Assembly: GCA_902540595.1 (NCBI GenBank)
Contig: CACBNI010000005.1
Location: 5,716-69,715 of the forward strand
Length of the DNA: 64,000 nucleotides
DNA from: an uncultured Pelagibacteraceae bacterium
GTDB taxonomy: Bacteria > Pseudomonadota > Alphaproteobacteria > Pelagibacterales > Pelagibacteraceae
Reading direction: 5' to 3'
The notes beneath the pieces were generated by a model. The model was given only the letters and a program-made list of their open reading frames with translations, had not been told where the DNA came from and did not search any database. A program made the translations under genes and the position numbers. Position 1 is the first letter of the stretch, and each line of letters opens with the position of its first letter. Below, one piece after another: positions 37,271 to 47,625 of the stretch.

Positions 37271-38101
37271 ATGCGATGCATCTCTTGGAACATAGGTAGA
37301 AAAATAAAGTTAGTTGAAGATCAACTAAAAATTATCGAAGATAAAAAACCAGATATTATTGCTTTCCAGGAAGTCACATATAATAGCTTTGGAAAAATAA
37401 AAGATTTAATTAGATCCAAGTATAAATTCATAAATTATAGTTTAGACCTTATTAACGATAGCAAAGTATTAGTGGGACCAAGAAAACTGGGTGTTTTAGT
37501 TGCTACTAATTTTAAAACAGTTTTAAGAGATATAAACGAATTTAAACTACCTTGGCGTGAGAGAATTCTTAATCTTGATATATATACTGGTTCGAAAAAA
37601 TTTAACTTTAATAGTGCATACATACCACCAGGCTCATCTAATGGATGGATCAAAATTGAAACTCTGGAAGGTATATTCAATGGTTTAAATAAAAAAACAG
37701 ATGAACCAAAAATCTTATGTGGTGATTTTAATATACCACAAGCAGAAACTTTTAAGGGACAATTAATAACTTTTGCTCAAAAGATAAAACAAAAAGGCAA
37801 ACCTAAATTAAAAAAAAGCTTTAGAGGTGGAAGTGGCAGTAGGTGGGATTTAGCAGAAAGAAATTTATTTGAAAATTTAAAAACTTCAGGAATACAGGAT
37901 GCATTTAGAAAAGTTAACGGTTTTAAAAAAGAGGATTATTCTTTTGAAATAATTAGAAAAGGGAAGGTGGTTTCAAGAAGAAGATTTGATCATTTTTTCA
38001 CATCAGATGATATTAAGATAATGAATATTGAATACTTACATTCTTATAGAGTAGAAAAATTAAGTGACCACTCTCCTATAATGATAGATTTTGAGTTATA
38101 A
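37271..38101 (+). CDS. Endonuclease/exonuclease/phosphatase (EEP, ExoIII-like) protein
   Basis: ISWNI, FQEV, AYIP, CGDFN, RFDHF, SDHSP catalytic motifs. Confidence 0.9.
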   Translation: MRCISWNIGRKIKLVEDQLKIIEDKKPDIIAFQEVTYNSFGKIKDLIRSKYKFINYSLDLINDSKVLVGPRKLGVLVATNFKTVLRDINEFKLPWRERILNLDIYTGSKKFNFNSAYIPPGSSNGWIKIETLEGIFNGLNKKTDEPKILCGDFNIPQAETFKGQLITFAQKIKQKGKPKLKKSFRGGSGSRWDLAERNLFENLKTSGIQDAFRKVNGFKKEDYSFEIIRKGKVVSRRRFDHFFTSDDIKIMNIEYLHSYRVEKLSDHSPIMIDFEL

Positions 38102-38115
38102 CGACTACTTGATTG

Positions 38116-38168
38116 ATACACAATCCATACACACTCTATACACAATCAAAGCACACTATGAGCACAGT
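38116..38168 (+). repeat. Five CACANT repeats at an exact 11-bp period (arm of cassette T)
   Basis: CACA at 38119, 38130, 38141, 38152, 38163; two more at 36242 and 36253. Confidence 0.92.
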
Positions 38169-38221
38169 CAGGATAGAAATTTAACTTTTTGAAAAAATTT
38201 AACGTTGATTTTATTGAGTGA

Positions 38222-38297
38222 TGGTGCCCCCGCACGGATTCGAACCGCGGACCTATTGATTACAAATCAATTGCTCTACCAACTGAGCTACAAGGGC
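38222..38297 (-). tRNA. tRNA-Thr(TGT)
   Basis: Reverse complement GCCCTTGTAGCTCAGTTGGTAGAGC-ATTGA TTTGTAA TCAAT-...GTTCGAATCC...CACCA, 76 nt. Confidence 0.97.
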
Positions 38298-38330
38298 ATG
38301 CGCAATAATTATTAACTATTTATTAAATAA

Positions 38331-39074
38331 TCAACTCTTTTTTTTAATATAACTTAAATGATGAAAGACAATAGCAGCACTATTGGAGATATTTAAACTT
38401 TCAATCTTATCATTCATATTAATTTTAACAAAGAAATCAGCATATTTTCCAGTATGTTGTCTCACACCAAAACCTTCAGATCCAAATAATAAAATATTAT
38501 TTCCTTCCCACCTGATATCTGTGAAATCCTTTTCACCCCTCGCATCAAAACCATAAACCCAAAAATTTTTTTCTCTTAAATTTTTTAGTGTTGAATTTAT
38601 ATTAGATACTTCAAAAATATTTAAATGTTCCATACAACCACTTGCAGACTTATACATCAATTTACTATCACTTGGAAAATGTCTTTCTTTTATTATTAAA
38701 CCATCAATTCTAAATGAAGCTGCACTCCTAATTAAAGAGCCTATATTTCTTGGGTCTGTTACTTCATCCAAACAAACAAATGTGAGATTATTTTTGTCTT
38801 TTATAAATTGTTTAAGATCAGGTTGATCTAAATGCTCTAGTTCTGCAACGTAACCATTATGCATTAACTGCTCTTTAGATGAATATTTATCTAATTCTTT
38901 TTTTGATTTAAAATAAACCTTAACATCTTCTAGAAGATTTTTATTTTGGTTTTTTCTATGAATATTTTTTTTTGCTTCTTCAGTTAAAAAAACTCTTAAA
39001 ACCTTTCTTTGTGGGTTTCGAAGAGCCTCAATAACAGCATGTTGACCAACAATAAAAAATGAGGATTTGTTCAT
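38331..39074 (-). CDS. rlmB: 23S rRNA Gm2251 methyltransferase
   Basis: G.HAVIEAL, LDEVTDPRNIGS, GSEG.G, ESLNIS. Confidence 0.9.
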   Translation of the reverse strand: MNKSSFFIVGQHAVIEALRNPQRKVLRVFLTEEAKKNIHRKNQNKNLLEDVKVYFKSKKELDKYSSKEQLMHNGYVAELEHLDQPDLKQFIKDKNNLTFVCLDEVTDPRNIGSLIRSAASFRIDGLIIKERHFPSDSKLMYKSASGCMEHLNIFEVSNINSTLKNLREKNFWVYGFDARGEKDFTDIRWEGNNILLFGSEGFGVRQHTGKYADFFVKINMNDKIESLNISNSAAIVFHHLSYIKKKS

Positions 39075-39203
39075 AAATTATCATGAGTTTTACACGTTTT
39101 TTTGAATATTTGGCTATTAAATCACGTGTTGCATTTGCATAAATAAAATATATAAAACGCATGTTGTTTAAAGCTTTATTGAACAGGGGACACTTCCCCA
39201 AAA

Positions 39204-39289
39204 GGAGGGGTTCCAGAGCGGTCAAATGGGGCGGGCTGTAAACCCGTTGACTTCGGTCTTCGAAAGTTCGAATCTTTCCCCCTCCACCA
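39204..39289 (+). tRNA. tRNA-Tyr(GTA)
   Basis: GGAGGGG acceptor, GCGGG-CTGTAAA-CCCGT, long variable arm, CCA. Confidence 0.96.
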
Positions 39290-39335
39290 TTCAGTAGAAT
39301 TTTAAGTGGCAATGGAGTGTTACTCTTGGGGTTGT

Positions 39336-39409
39336 GCGGGTGTAGTTCAATGGTAGAACGCTAGCCTTCCAAGCTGGATGTAAGGGTTCGATTCCCTTTA
39401 CCCGCTCCA
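39336..39409 (+). tRNA. tRNA-Gly(TCC)
   Basis: GCGGGTG acceptor, CTAGC-CTTCCAA-GCTGG, CCA. Confidence 0.96.
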
Positions 39410-39455
39410 AGAAAAAAATTAGTAATGAAACAAATAAAACTGAGGTAAAAAAGTA

Positions 39456-40646
39456 ATGTCGAAAGAAAAATTTGTAAGAAATAAACCCCACTGTAACATT
39501 GGGACTATTGGTCATGTCGACCATGGTAAAACAACTCTTACTGCTGCAATCACAAATGTATTAGCACAAGCAGGCGGTGGAACTGCGGTTGCTTACGATC
39601 AAATTGATAAAGCGCCAGAAGAAAAAGAAAGAGGAATAACAATTTCAACAGCTCACGTTGAGTATGAAACTGAAAAGAGACACTATGCTCACGTAGATTG
39701 TCCAGGCCACGCTGACTATGTAAAAAATATGATTACTGGTGCAGCACAAATGGATGGTGCGATTTTAGTTGTAAATGCTGCAGATGGTCCAATGCCACAA
39801 ACTAGAGAACATATTCTTTTAGGTAGACAAGTTGGTATTCCAGCTATTGTTGTTTATCTTAATAAAGTTGATCAAGTTGACGATAAAGAAATGATTGAAC
39901 TTGTAGAAGAAGAAATTAAAGAACTTTTAACTTCTTATAAATATCCTGGAGATAAAACACCAATTGTTAAAGGTTCTGCACTAGCAGCTGTTGAAGGAAG
40001 AGATGATGAAATTGGAAAAAATTCAATTTTAGAATTAATGAAAGCTGTTGACGAGCATATTCCACAACCAGCTAGAGAAGTAGATAAGCCTTTCTTGATG
40101 CCTGTTGAGGATGTTTTTTCAATTTCTGGTAGAGGAACAGTTGCAACTGGTAGAGTTGAATCTGGTGTAGTTAAAACTGGTGAAGAAGTTGAAATCGTTG
40201 GAATTAAAGAAACAAAAAAATCAGTTTGTACTGGAGTTGAAATGTTTAGAAAGCTTTTAGATACTGGTGAAGCTGGTGATAATGTTGGAATTTTATTGAG
40301 GGGTATAGAAAGAGATGACATCGAAAGAGGTCAAGTACTTTGTAAACCTGGATCAATTACTCCACACACTAAATTTGAAGCTCAAGCGTATGTACTTAAA
40401 AAAGATGAGGGTGGAAGACACACTCCTTTCTTTACTAAATACAGACCACAGTTTTATTTTAGAACAACAGATGTAACAGGTGAAGTAGAATTACCAGCTG
40501 GAACCGAAATGGTTATGCCAGGTGATGATGCTAAATTCACAGTGAAATTAATTACACCGATTGCAATGGCTGAAAAATTAAATTTTGCCATTCGAGAAGG
40601 TGGAAGAACTGTTGGAGCAGGAGTAGTAACTAAAATTATAGAGTAA
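39456..40646 (+). CDS. tuf: Elongation factor Tu
   Basis: [21 protein letters not shown]. Confidence 0.99.
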   Translation: MSKEKFVRNKPHCNIGTIGHVDHGKTTLTAAITNVLAQAGGGTAVAYDQIDKAPEEKERGITISTAHVEYETEKRHYAHVDCPGHADYVKNMITGAAQMDGAILVVNAADGPMPQTREHILLGRQVGIPAIVVYLNKVDQVDDKEMIELVEEEIKELLTSYKYPGDKTPIVKGSALAAVEGRDDEIGKNSILELMKAVDEHIPQPAREVDKPFLMPVEDVFSISGRGTVATGRVESGVVKTGEEVEIVGIKETKKSVCTGVEMFRKLLDTGEAGDNVGILLRGIERDDIERGQVLCKPGSITPHTKFEAQAYVLKKDEGGRHTPFFTKYRPQFYFRTTDVTGEVELPAGTEMVMPGDDAKFTVKLITPIAMAEKLNFAIREGGRTVGAGVVTKIIE

Positions 40647-40656
40647 CTCTATAAAT

Positions 40657-40732
40657 AGGAGTGTAGCTCAATTGGTAGAGCGCCGGTCTCCAAAACCGGA
40701 GGCTGAGGGTTCGAGTCCCTCCGCTCCTGCCA
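40657..40732 (+). tRNA. tRNA-Trp(CCA)
   Basis: CCGGT-CTCCAAA-ACCGG anticodon arm, CCA end, canonical tuf-trnW-secE position. Confidence 0.96.
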
Positions 40733-40749
40733 ATTAGAGCTAAAAAAGT

Positions 40750-40941
40750 ATGAGAAACCCGATTAAATTTATTCAAGAAGTAAAACAAGAGGCATTTAAA
40801 GTTACTTGGCCAACTTGGAAAGAGACTTTGCAAGGTGCCTTGATGGTATTTGCTATGGCTGTAGTGATGTCTCTGTTTTTTTTACTTTTAGATCAGGTTT
40901 TAAAGTTTTTCTTAGAACTTTTACTTAAGGTGAGTATTTAA
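40750..40941 (+). CDS. secE: Preprotein translocase subunit SecE
   Basis: KVTWPT, single TM, synteny. Confidence 0.95.
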   Translation: MRNPIKFIQEVKQEAFKVTWPTWKETLQGALMVFAMAVVMSLFFLLLDQVLKFFLELLLKVSI

Positions 40942-41471
40942 TGAAAAACTGGTATATTGTTCAATCTCATTCTAGCTTTGAAAATAAAGTTGCTTCACTA
41001 ATTAAAGAAGAAGCAGATAAAGCTAAAATTAGTGAAAAATTTGAGGAAATTGTTGTTCCAACTCATGATGTTACTGAAGTAAAAAGAGGAAAAAGAATTC
41101 AAAGAAAAAAAAAATATTTTCCTGGATATGTACTGATAAAGAGTGAGATGGATAATAATATCTATCACATGATAAAGAACATAAAAAGAGTGAGTGGTTT
41201 TCTTGGTACAAAGGGTATTCCAGTTCCTGTTTCAGATAAAGAAGTAGAAAAGATTTTGGGTCAAATAAAAGATGGTGTGGCTCAGCCAAAATCTGGTATA
41301 GAATACAGCGTTGGTGAAAAAGTTCAGGTTGTTGATGGCCCTTTTGCTTCATTCAGTGGAATGATTGAAGAAATAGATGAAGAAAAGTCTAGACTTAAAG
41401 TGTCAGTTTCTATATTTGGACGACCAACACCAGTAGATTTAGAATATAATCAAGTTGAGAAAGCAAGTTAA
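40941..41471 (+). CDS. nusG: Transcription termination/antitermination factor NusG
   Basis: [18 protein letters not shown]. Confidence 0.98.
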   Translation: MKNWYIVQSHSSFENKVASLIKEEADKAKISEKFEEIVVPTHDVTEVKRGKRIQRKKKYFPGYVLIKSEMDNNIYHMIKNIKRVSGFLGTKGIPVPVSDKEVEKILGQIKDGVAQPKSGIEYSVGEKVQVVDGPFASFSGMIEEIDEEKSRLKVSVSIFGRPTPVDLEYNQVEKAS

Positions 41472-41896
41472 TGGCAAAAGAAATTAGTGGATTTATAAAA
41501 TTACAAATTAAAGGCGGTCAAGCAAACCCAGCTCCCCCGGTAGGACCTGCTTTAGGTCAACGAGGTGTTAACATCATGGAATTTTGTAAGGCTTTCAATG
41601 ACAAAACAAAATCAATGGCAGGTAAACCTGTTCCCGTTGAAATCACAGTTTATAAAGACAAAAAATTTGACTTTAAGATCAAATCACCTCCTGCATCTTA
41701 CTATATTAAAGAAGCAGTAAAACTTAAGGGTGGATCTAAAGAACCAGGAAGAAATATTGTAGCTTCAATTTCTAAAAAGCAATTAGAGGATATTGCTAAA
41801 GAAAAAATGAATGATCTTAACGCTCATGATATCAATGAAGCAGTAAAAATTATAGCAGGATCAGCAAGATCAATGGGCATAGAGGTAAAAGAATAA
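41471..41896 (+). CDS. rplK: 50S ribosomal protein L11
   Basis: [19 protein letters not shown]. Confidence 0.98.
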   Translation: MAKEISGFIKLQIKGGQANPAPPVGPALGQRGVNIMEFCKAFNDKTKSMAGKPVPVEITVYKDKKFDFKIKSPPASYYIKEAVKLKGGSKEPGRNIVASISKKQLEDIAKEKMNDLNAHDINEAVKIIAGSARSMGIEVKE

Positions 41897-42585
41897 TGCC
41901 CTCAAAGAGATTTAAAAAGTTACCAGAAAAAACAAAAGATATTAGCGCTGAAGCTTTTGAAAAATTGATACCAGAGCTAAAAAAAAATTGTACTACAAAA
42001 TTTGATGAGTCTTTAGATTTAAGTTTTCAAATAAACAACAAACAAAAGAAAAGTGAAGTTAATATTAGAACAGTAGTTAATTTACCAGGTGGTACAGGTA
42101 AAAAAGTAAAAGTTGCTGTTGTTTGTGAAGACAATAAAGCTCAAGAGGCTAAAGATGCTGGAGCAGATATTGTAGGTAGTGATGAATTTGTTGAAAAAAT
42201 TAAAGGTGGTGAATTAAATTTTGAAAAATTAATTTGCACACCTGGAATGATGGTAAAACTTTCAAAATTAGGAAAAGTTTTAGGACCAAAAGGTTTAATG
42301 CCAAATCCAAAACTTGGTTCTGTCTCTGATAATATTAAAGAAGCAGTAACAAATGCAAAATCAGGTCAAGTTGAAATTAGAAACGATAAAGATGGTAATA
42401 TTGGTGTTAGCATTGGTAAAAAATCTTTTAGTGATGACCAATTAATGAAAAATTATAACGCTATATTAGAAACCTTAGAAAAAGAAAAATCGAATAATAC
42501 TCTAAAAGGGGATTTAATAAAAAATGTTTTTGCAACCTCAACAATGGGTGTTTCTTACAAAGTTAAATTAGGTAAGTCGATATAG
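41896..42585 (+). CDS. rplA: 50S ribosomal protein L1
   Basis: KFDES, LGPKGLMPNPK. Confidence 0.97.
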   Translation: MPSKRFKKLPEKTKDISAEAFEKLIPELKKNCTTKFDESLDLSFQINNKQKKSEVNIRTVVNLPGGTGKKVKVAVVCEDNKAQEAKDAGADIVGSDEFVEKIKGGELNFEKLICTPGMMVKLSKLGKVLGPKGLMPNPKLGSVSDNIKEAVTNAKSGQVEIRNDKDGNIGVSIGKKSFSDDQLMKNYNAILETLEKEKSNNTLKGDLIKNVFATSTMGVSYKVKLGKSI

Positions 42586-42587
42586 TT

Positions 42588-43109
42588 ATGATGAATAAAG
42601 ATCAAAAGAAAAATTATATTGAAGAAATGTCTTCAAAATTCGAGAACAGTAAAGCTGTTATGGTTACTCATTATCAAGGTTTAACCATGACTCAATTAGA
42701 TGATCTAAGAGCAAAAATGAGAGAGCATGGAATAGTTTTTAAAATCACTAAAAATAGAATTACTAAACTTGCATTAGAAAAAACCAAATGCAAAGATTTG
42801 ACTAATTTGTTCACTGGCCCAACAGCGGTTGCTTTTGGTGAAGATGCAATTATGTCAGCAAGGATTCTCTCAAAATTTGCAAAAGATAACGAAAATTTAA
42901 AATTAATTGGCGGTATAATGGATAATGAAGTCTTAGATCAGGCTGGTGTCCAAAATGTAGCAAGTTTACCAACTTTAGACGAAGCTAGAGCTAATATTGT
43001 AGGTATTTTAAATGCACCTGCATCTAAATTAATTAGCATTTTACTTGCACATTCGGAAAAAATGAGTAGTTTGACCGCAGAAAATTCTGAAACACAACCC
43101 AAAGAGTAA
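42588..43109 (+). CDS. rplJ: 50S ribosomal protein L10
   Basis: YQGLT, KNR, GPTA, LPT; synteny. Confidence 0.96.
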   Translation: MMNKDQKKNYIEEMSSKFENSKAVMVTHYQGLTMTQLDDLRAKMREHGIVFKITKNRITKLALEKTKCKDLTNLFTGPTAVAFGEDAIMSARILSKFAKDNENLKLIGGIMDNEVLDQAGVQNVASLPTLDEARANIVGILNAPASKLISILLAHSEKMSSLTAENSETQPKE

Positions 43110-43114
43110 TTGAT

Positions 43115-43480
43115 ATGCCAGACCTTAACAAAATTATTGAAGATCTTTCAAGTTTAACAGTTGCAGAAGCAGCTGAACTTTCAAAACAGTTAGAAGAAAA
43201 ATGGGGTGTAACTCCAATGGCCGCAGCAGCTCCAGCAGCAGCAGGTGGTGCAGAAGCAGCTGAAGAAAAAGATGATTTTACTATCATGTTAGTTTCTGCT
43301 GGTGATAAAAAAATTAATGTCATTAAAGAAGTAAGAGCAGCTACTTCATTAGGATTAAAAGAAGCTAAAGATCTTGTAGAGGGAGCACCAAAAGAAGTTA
43401 AATCTGGTGTTAATAAAAAAGAAGCTGAAGAGATCAAAGCTAAATTAGAAGCTGCAGGCGCTAAAGTAGAACTTAAATAA
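43115..43480 (+). CDS. rplL: 50S ribosomal protein L7/L12
   Basis: Ala-rich hinge, [11 protein letters not shown]. Confidence 0.98.
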   Translation: MPDLNKIIEDLSSLTVAEAAELSKQLEEKWGVTPMAAAAPAAAGGAEAAEEKDDFTIMLVSAGDKKINVIKEVRAATSLGLKEAKDLVEGAPKEVKSGVNKKEAEEIKAKLEAAGAKVELK

Positions 43481-43499
43481 ATTAATAAGAAAGAATTCA

Positions 43500-43525
43500 A
43501 ATACTGATTATTTTTAATCAGTATT
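43500..43525. terminator. Inverted repeat between rplL and rpoB (attenuator/terminator-like)
   Basis: AATACTGATTA-TTTT-TAATCAGTATT perfect 11-bp stem. Confidence 0.55.
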
Positions 43526-43536
43526 AATTAATATAA

Positions 43537-46500
43537 ATGCAATTATCTTTTACTGAAAAGAAAAATATAAGAAAAAGTTTTGGAAAACTAAAAGAAAGTT
43601 TATCAATACCAAATTTAATAGAAGTTCAAAAAAATTCATACAAGGAATTAACTGAATTTAATTCTGAAGCAGCAGATTTAACTAAAGGGTTTGATAGAGT
43701 TTTCAAAAGTATATTTCCTATTGAAGATTTAAACGACAAAGCAACATTAGAATATGTTTCATATAGATTAGAAAAACCAAAATTTGATGTTGACGAATGT
43801 ATTACTAGAGGACTTACTTACTCGTCAGCTTTGAAGTGTACTTTGAGATTAGTTGTTTATGAAATAGATCAAGATAACAACACAAAAGATATTTTATCCG
43901 CTAAAGAACAAGAAGTTTACATGGGTGAAGTTCCAATGATGACAAATAGTGGAACGTTTATTACTAATGGTGTTCAACGTGTTGTAGTGAACCAGATGCA
44001 TAGAAGTCCTGGCGTTTTCTTTGATCATGACAAAGGTAAAACTCATGCAAGCGGTAAACTTTTATTTAATTGTCGAGTAATACCAAACAGAGGATCTTGG
44101 CTAGATTTTGAATACGATGTTAAAGATTTTTTATATTTCAAAATAGATAGAAAAAAGAAAATTTTTGCATCCACTTTACTTTTAGCACTTGGATATACTA
44201 AAGCTGAAATTGCTGACGAGTTTTATGAAAACGAACAGTATACTTATGATGCAAAAACAGAAAAATGGAAAACAAAATTTAACCCTGAAAATTACAAAGC
44301 TAAAAACTTTGCTGAGGAAGTAATCGATGCAAAAACTGGTGAGGTTGTAATAAAATTAGGTGATAAAATTAATTTCTTAAATGCAAAAAAATTAGCAAAC
44401 GATGGACTAAAAGAAATTTTAGTTTCAAGAGAATCTTTATTTGGTAAAATTTTACATAGAGATATTAAAGTTACTGATGAGGAAGAGGGAACATTTAAAA
44501 TTGGTACCGAATTAAATGATACAGTAATCCAACAAATATTAGACGCAAATATACACTCGATTCAGATTTCAATTACAAACGCAATTAATAAAGGTCCTTA
44601 TTTGCTAAGTACAATTTTGAATGACAAAAATAATTCAAAAGAGGAAGCAATAACTGAAGTTTATAAAATGTTAAGACCTGGAGAGCCACCAACAATAGAA
44701 ATTGCTACTCAGATATTTAATAATTTATTTTTCAGTTCAGACAGATACGACTTGTCTGATGTTGGAAGAGTGAAAATGAATTCTAGGTTAAATCAAGAAT
44801 GTTCTGATAAAATTACAATTCTAAGAAATGATGACATTATAGCGATTGTTCATAAAATGTTGGATTTAAGAGATGGTAAAGATGAAGTTGATGATATTGA
44901 CCATTTAGGAAATAGAAGAGTTCGTTCTGTAGGTGAGTTGGTTGAAAACCAAGCTCGTATAGGTGTTTATAGAATGGAAAGAGCAATCAAAGAGAAGATG
45001 ACTACTTTAGACGTAGAGTCTGCAATGCCGCAAGACTTAATTAACGCAAAACCTTTAACGGTTTCTTTAAAAGATTTTTTTGCAAGTTCACAACTTTCAC
45101 AATTCATGGATCAAACAAATCCCCTTTCTGAAATCACACACAAAAGAAGAGTATCAGCTTTAGGACCTGGTGGTTTAACTAGAGAGAGAGCAGGATTTGA
45201 AGTTCGTGATGTTCATCCAACTCATTATGGTAGAATTTGTCCGATCGAAACCCCAGAGGGACCAAACATTGGTCTAATAAACAGTTTATCTACTTATGCA
45301 AAAATTAATAAATATGGTTTTATTGAAAGTCCTTATAAAAAAGTTAAAGACGGAGTTGTTCAAGATAAAGTGGAATATCTTTCTGCTATGGAAGAGACTA
45401 AATACACTATTGCACAAGCAAATACCAAACTTGATAAGAATGGAAAAATTATAGAGGATTTAGTTTCATGCAGACAAAATTTAAACTTTCTTTTATCTAA
45501 GCCAGATACAATTGATTATATTGATGTTTCTCCTAAACAACTTGTTTCAGTTGCAGCATCATTAATTCCTTTTTTAGAAAATGACGATGCTAACAGAGCG
45601 CTTATGGGTTCAAATATGATGAGACAGGCTGTTCCATTATTAAAACCAGAGTCGCCACTTGTTGGAACAGGTATTGAAAGCGATGTTGCATTAGACTCAG
45701 GTGTTACAATTGTAGCAAAAAGAGACGGTATTGTTGATAAAATTGATGGAAAAAGAATTGTTATTAAAGTCACTGAAGAAACAGAATTTAGTGAGTCTGG
45801 AGTTGATATTTACAATCTTCAAAAATTTAAAAGGTCAAATCAAAACACTTGTATAAATCAAAGACCCCTAGTTAGAGTTGGTGATAAAGTTAAATCAGGA
45901 GATATAATTGCAGATGGTCCATCAACAAAACTAGGTGAATTAGCATTAGGAAAAAATGTGACTGTAGCTTTTATGCCTTGGCAAGGTTACAATTTTGAAG
46001 ACTCTATCTTAATTTCAGAAAGATGTGTAACCGATGACGTATTTACATCTGTTCATATTGAAGAATATGAAATTATGGCAAGAGACACAAAATTAGGTGA
46101 AGAAGAAATTACAAGAGATATTCCGAATGTAAATGAAGAAGCTTTAAAAAATCTTGATGAATCAGGTGTAGTCTATATTGGGGCAGAAGTAAACGCAGGT
46201 GATATTTTAGTTGGAAAAGTGACACCAAAAGGTGACTCAGCATCAGGTCCAGAAGAAAAATTATTAAGATCAATATTCGGTGAAAAAGCTATTGATGTAA
46301 CTGATACATCTTTAAGAATGTCTAGAGGAAGTAGTGGAACAATTGTTGATGTAAGAGTATTTAATAGACATGGTATTGAAAAAGATGAAAGATCAATAAC
46401 TATCGAAAGAGCTGAAATTGAAGAAGTTCAACAAGATAAAATAGTTGAAGAAGAAATTTTAGAAAGAAGTATCAAGCAAAGAGCAGGTCAAATTTTATCT

Positions 46501-47625
46501 GGAACATCATTAGCTAAAAAAGTTAAAGATTTAGCTGAAGGAACAAAACTAGACTTTGAGGCTATAAGTAACCTTCCAATTAATGATGTTTTCAAAATTT
46601 CAAATGGAAATGCAGCAAATGAAACAACTCTTTTACAATTAAAAGATCAGTACAATAAAGCTAAACAGGATATTACTGAAAGGTTTGAAGACAAAGTTCT
46701 TAAAATTAGAAGTGGAGACGATCTACTTCCAAGTGTAATGAAAATGGTAAAAGTTTTTGTTGCTATCAAAAGAAGATTAAGACCTGGTGATAAAATGTCT
46801 GGAAGACATGGTAACAAAGGTGTAGTTAGTAAAATCGTTCCGGTTGAGGATATGCCATATCGTGAAGATGGTAGACCTGTTGACATAGTTCTTAATCCAC
46901 TAGGTGTTCCTAGTAGGATGAATGTAGGTCAGATTTTAGAAACTCACCTAGGTTGGGCTTGTAAAGAATTTGGGGAAGAAGTTAAAAAATTAGTAAATGA
47001 GAACAGTAAAAAAATTGAAAAAACTGAGAAAATTGCAAGTTTTTTAAAATCTGTTTATGGAGAGGAAATCTTTAACGATAAAGTTGACAAATTAAGCAAG
47101 AATGAATTTAAAGATTTATGTGAAAATCTACAAAACGGAATAGCAATTTCAACTCCAGTATTTGATGGAGCTAAAGAAAAAAATGTTACCGAAATGCTTG
47201 AATTAGCAAAATTACCAGGTTCTGGTCAAACATATTTATGGGATGGAAGAACAGGTGAGAAATTTGATAGACCAGTAACTGTTGGAATTATTTATATGTT
47301 AAAACTTCATCATTTAGTTGAAGATAAAATACACGCAAGGTCAACAGGGCCTTACAGTTTGGTTACACAACAGCCACTTGGAGGAAAAGCTCAACTTGGT
47401 GGCCAAAGATTTGGTGAAATGGAAGTTTGGGCGCTGGAGGCTTATGGTGCTTCATACACTCTTCAAGAAATTTTGACCGTAAAGTCTGATGATGTAGCTG
47501 GTAGAGTTAAAGTTTACGAGACAATAGTTAAAGGTGAGGAGAACTTTGAGTCAGGTATTCCAGAGTCCTTTAACGTATTGGTAAAAGAAATTAAATCATT
47601 AGCATTAAACGTGGAGCTTAATTAA
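43537..47625 (+). CDS. rpoB: RNA polymerase beta subunit
   Basis: [33 protein letters not shown]. Confidence 0.99.
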   Translation: MQLSFTEKKNIRKSFGKLKESLSIPNLIEVQKNSYKELTEFNSEAADLTKGFDRVFKSIFPIEDLNDKATLEYVSYRLEKPKFDVDECITRGLTYSSALKCTLRLVVYEIDQDNNTKDILSAKEQEVYMGEVPMMTNSGTFITNGVQRVVVNQMHRSPGVFFDHDKGKTHASGKLLFNCRVIPNRGSWLDFEYDVKDFLYFKIDRKKKIFASTLLLALGYTKAEIADEFYENEQYTYDAKTEKWKTKFNPENYKAKNFAEEVIDAKTGEVVIKLGDKINFLNAKKLANDGLKEILVSRESLFGKILHRDIKVTDEEEGTFKIGTELNDTVIQQILDANIHSIQISITNAINKGPYLLSTILNDKNNSKEEAITEVYKMLRPGEPPTIEIATQIFNNLFFSSDRYDLSDVGRVKMNSRLNQECSDKITILRNDDIIAIVHKMLDLRDGKDEVDDIDHLGNRRVRSVGELVENQARIGVYRMERAIKEKMTTLDVESAMPQDLINAKPLTVSLKDFFASSQLSQFMDQTNPLSEITHKRRVSALGPGGLTRERAGFEVRDVHPTHYGRICPIETPEGPNIGLINSLSTYAKINKYGFIESPYKKVKDGVVQDKVEYLSAMEETKYTIAQANTKLDKNGKIIEDLVSCRQNLNFLLSKPDTIDYIDVSPKQLVSVAASLIPFLENDDANRALMGSNMMRQAVPLLKPESPLVGTGIESDVALDSGVTIVAKRDGIVDKIDGKRIVIKVTEETEFSESGVDIYNLQKFKRSNQNTCINQRPLVRVGDKVKSGDIIADGPSTKLGELALGKNVTVAFMPWQGYNFEDSILISERCVTDDVFTSVHIEEYEIMARDTKLGEEEITRDIPNVNEEALKNLDESGVVYIGAEVNAGDILVGKVTPKGDSASGPEEKLLRSIFGEKAIDVTDTSLRMSRGSSGTIVDVRVFNRHGIEKDERSITIERAEIEEVQQDKIVEEEILERSIKQRAGQILSGTSLAKKVKDLAEGTKLDFEAISNLPINDVFKISNGNAANETTLLQLKDQYNKAKQDITERFEDKVLKIRSGDDLLPSVMKMVKVFVAIKRRLRPGDKMSGRHGNKGVVSKIVPVEDMPYREDGRPVDIVLNPLGVPSRMNVGQILETHLGWACKEFGEEVKKLVNENSKKIEKTEKIASFLKSVYGEEIFNDKVDKLSKNEFKDLCENLQNGIAISTPVFDGAKEKNVTEMLELAKLPGSGQTYLWDGRTGEKFDRPVTVGIIYMLKLHHLVEDKIHARSTGPYSLVTQQPLGGKAQLGGQRFGEMEVWALEAYGASYTLQEILTVKSDDVAGRVKVYETIVKGEENFESGIPESFNVLVKEIKSLALNVELN

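Larger units (their letters stand above)
36180..38269. mobile_element. Integrase-less cassette T (2090 bp) at tRNA-Thr
   Basis: Bounded by the 48-bp direct repeat; CACANT phased repeats at both ends; two nuclease-fold cargo genes. Confidence 0.82.

Noticed and set aside
38116-38168. CRISPR array or microsatellite
   Set aside because: Repeat cores are about 6 bp with 5-bp gaps, far too short for CRISPR, and there are no cas genes; the degenerate, phased pattern fits protein-binding sites
24109-38269. Prophage or autonomous integrative element
   Set aside because: No ORF with recognisable tyrosine/serine recombinase, transposase, terminase, capsid or replication motifs; a highly divergent recombinase cannot be excluded without an HMM search
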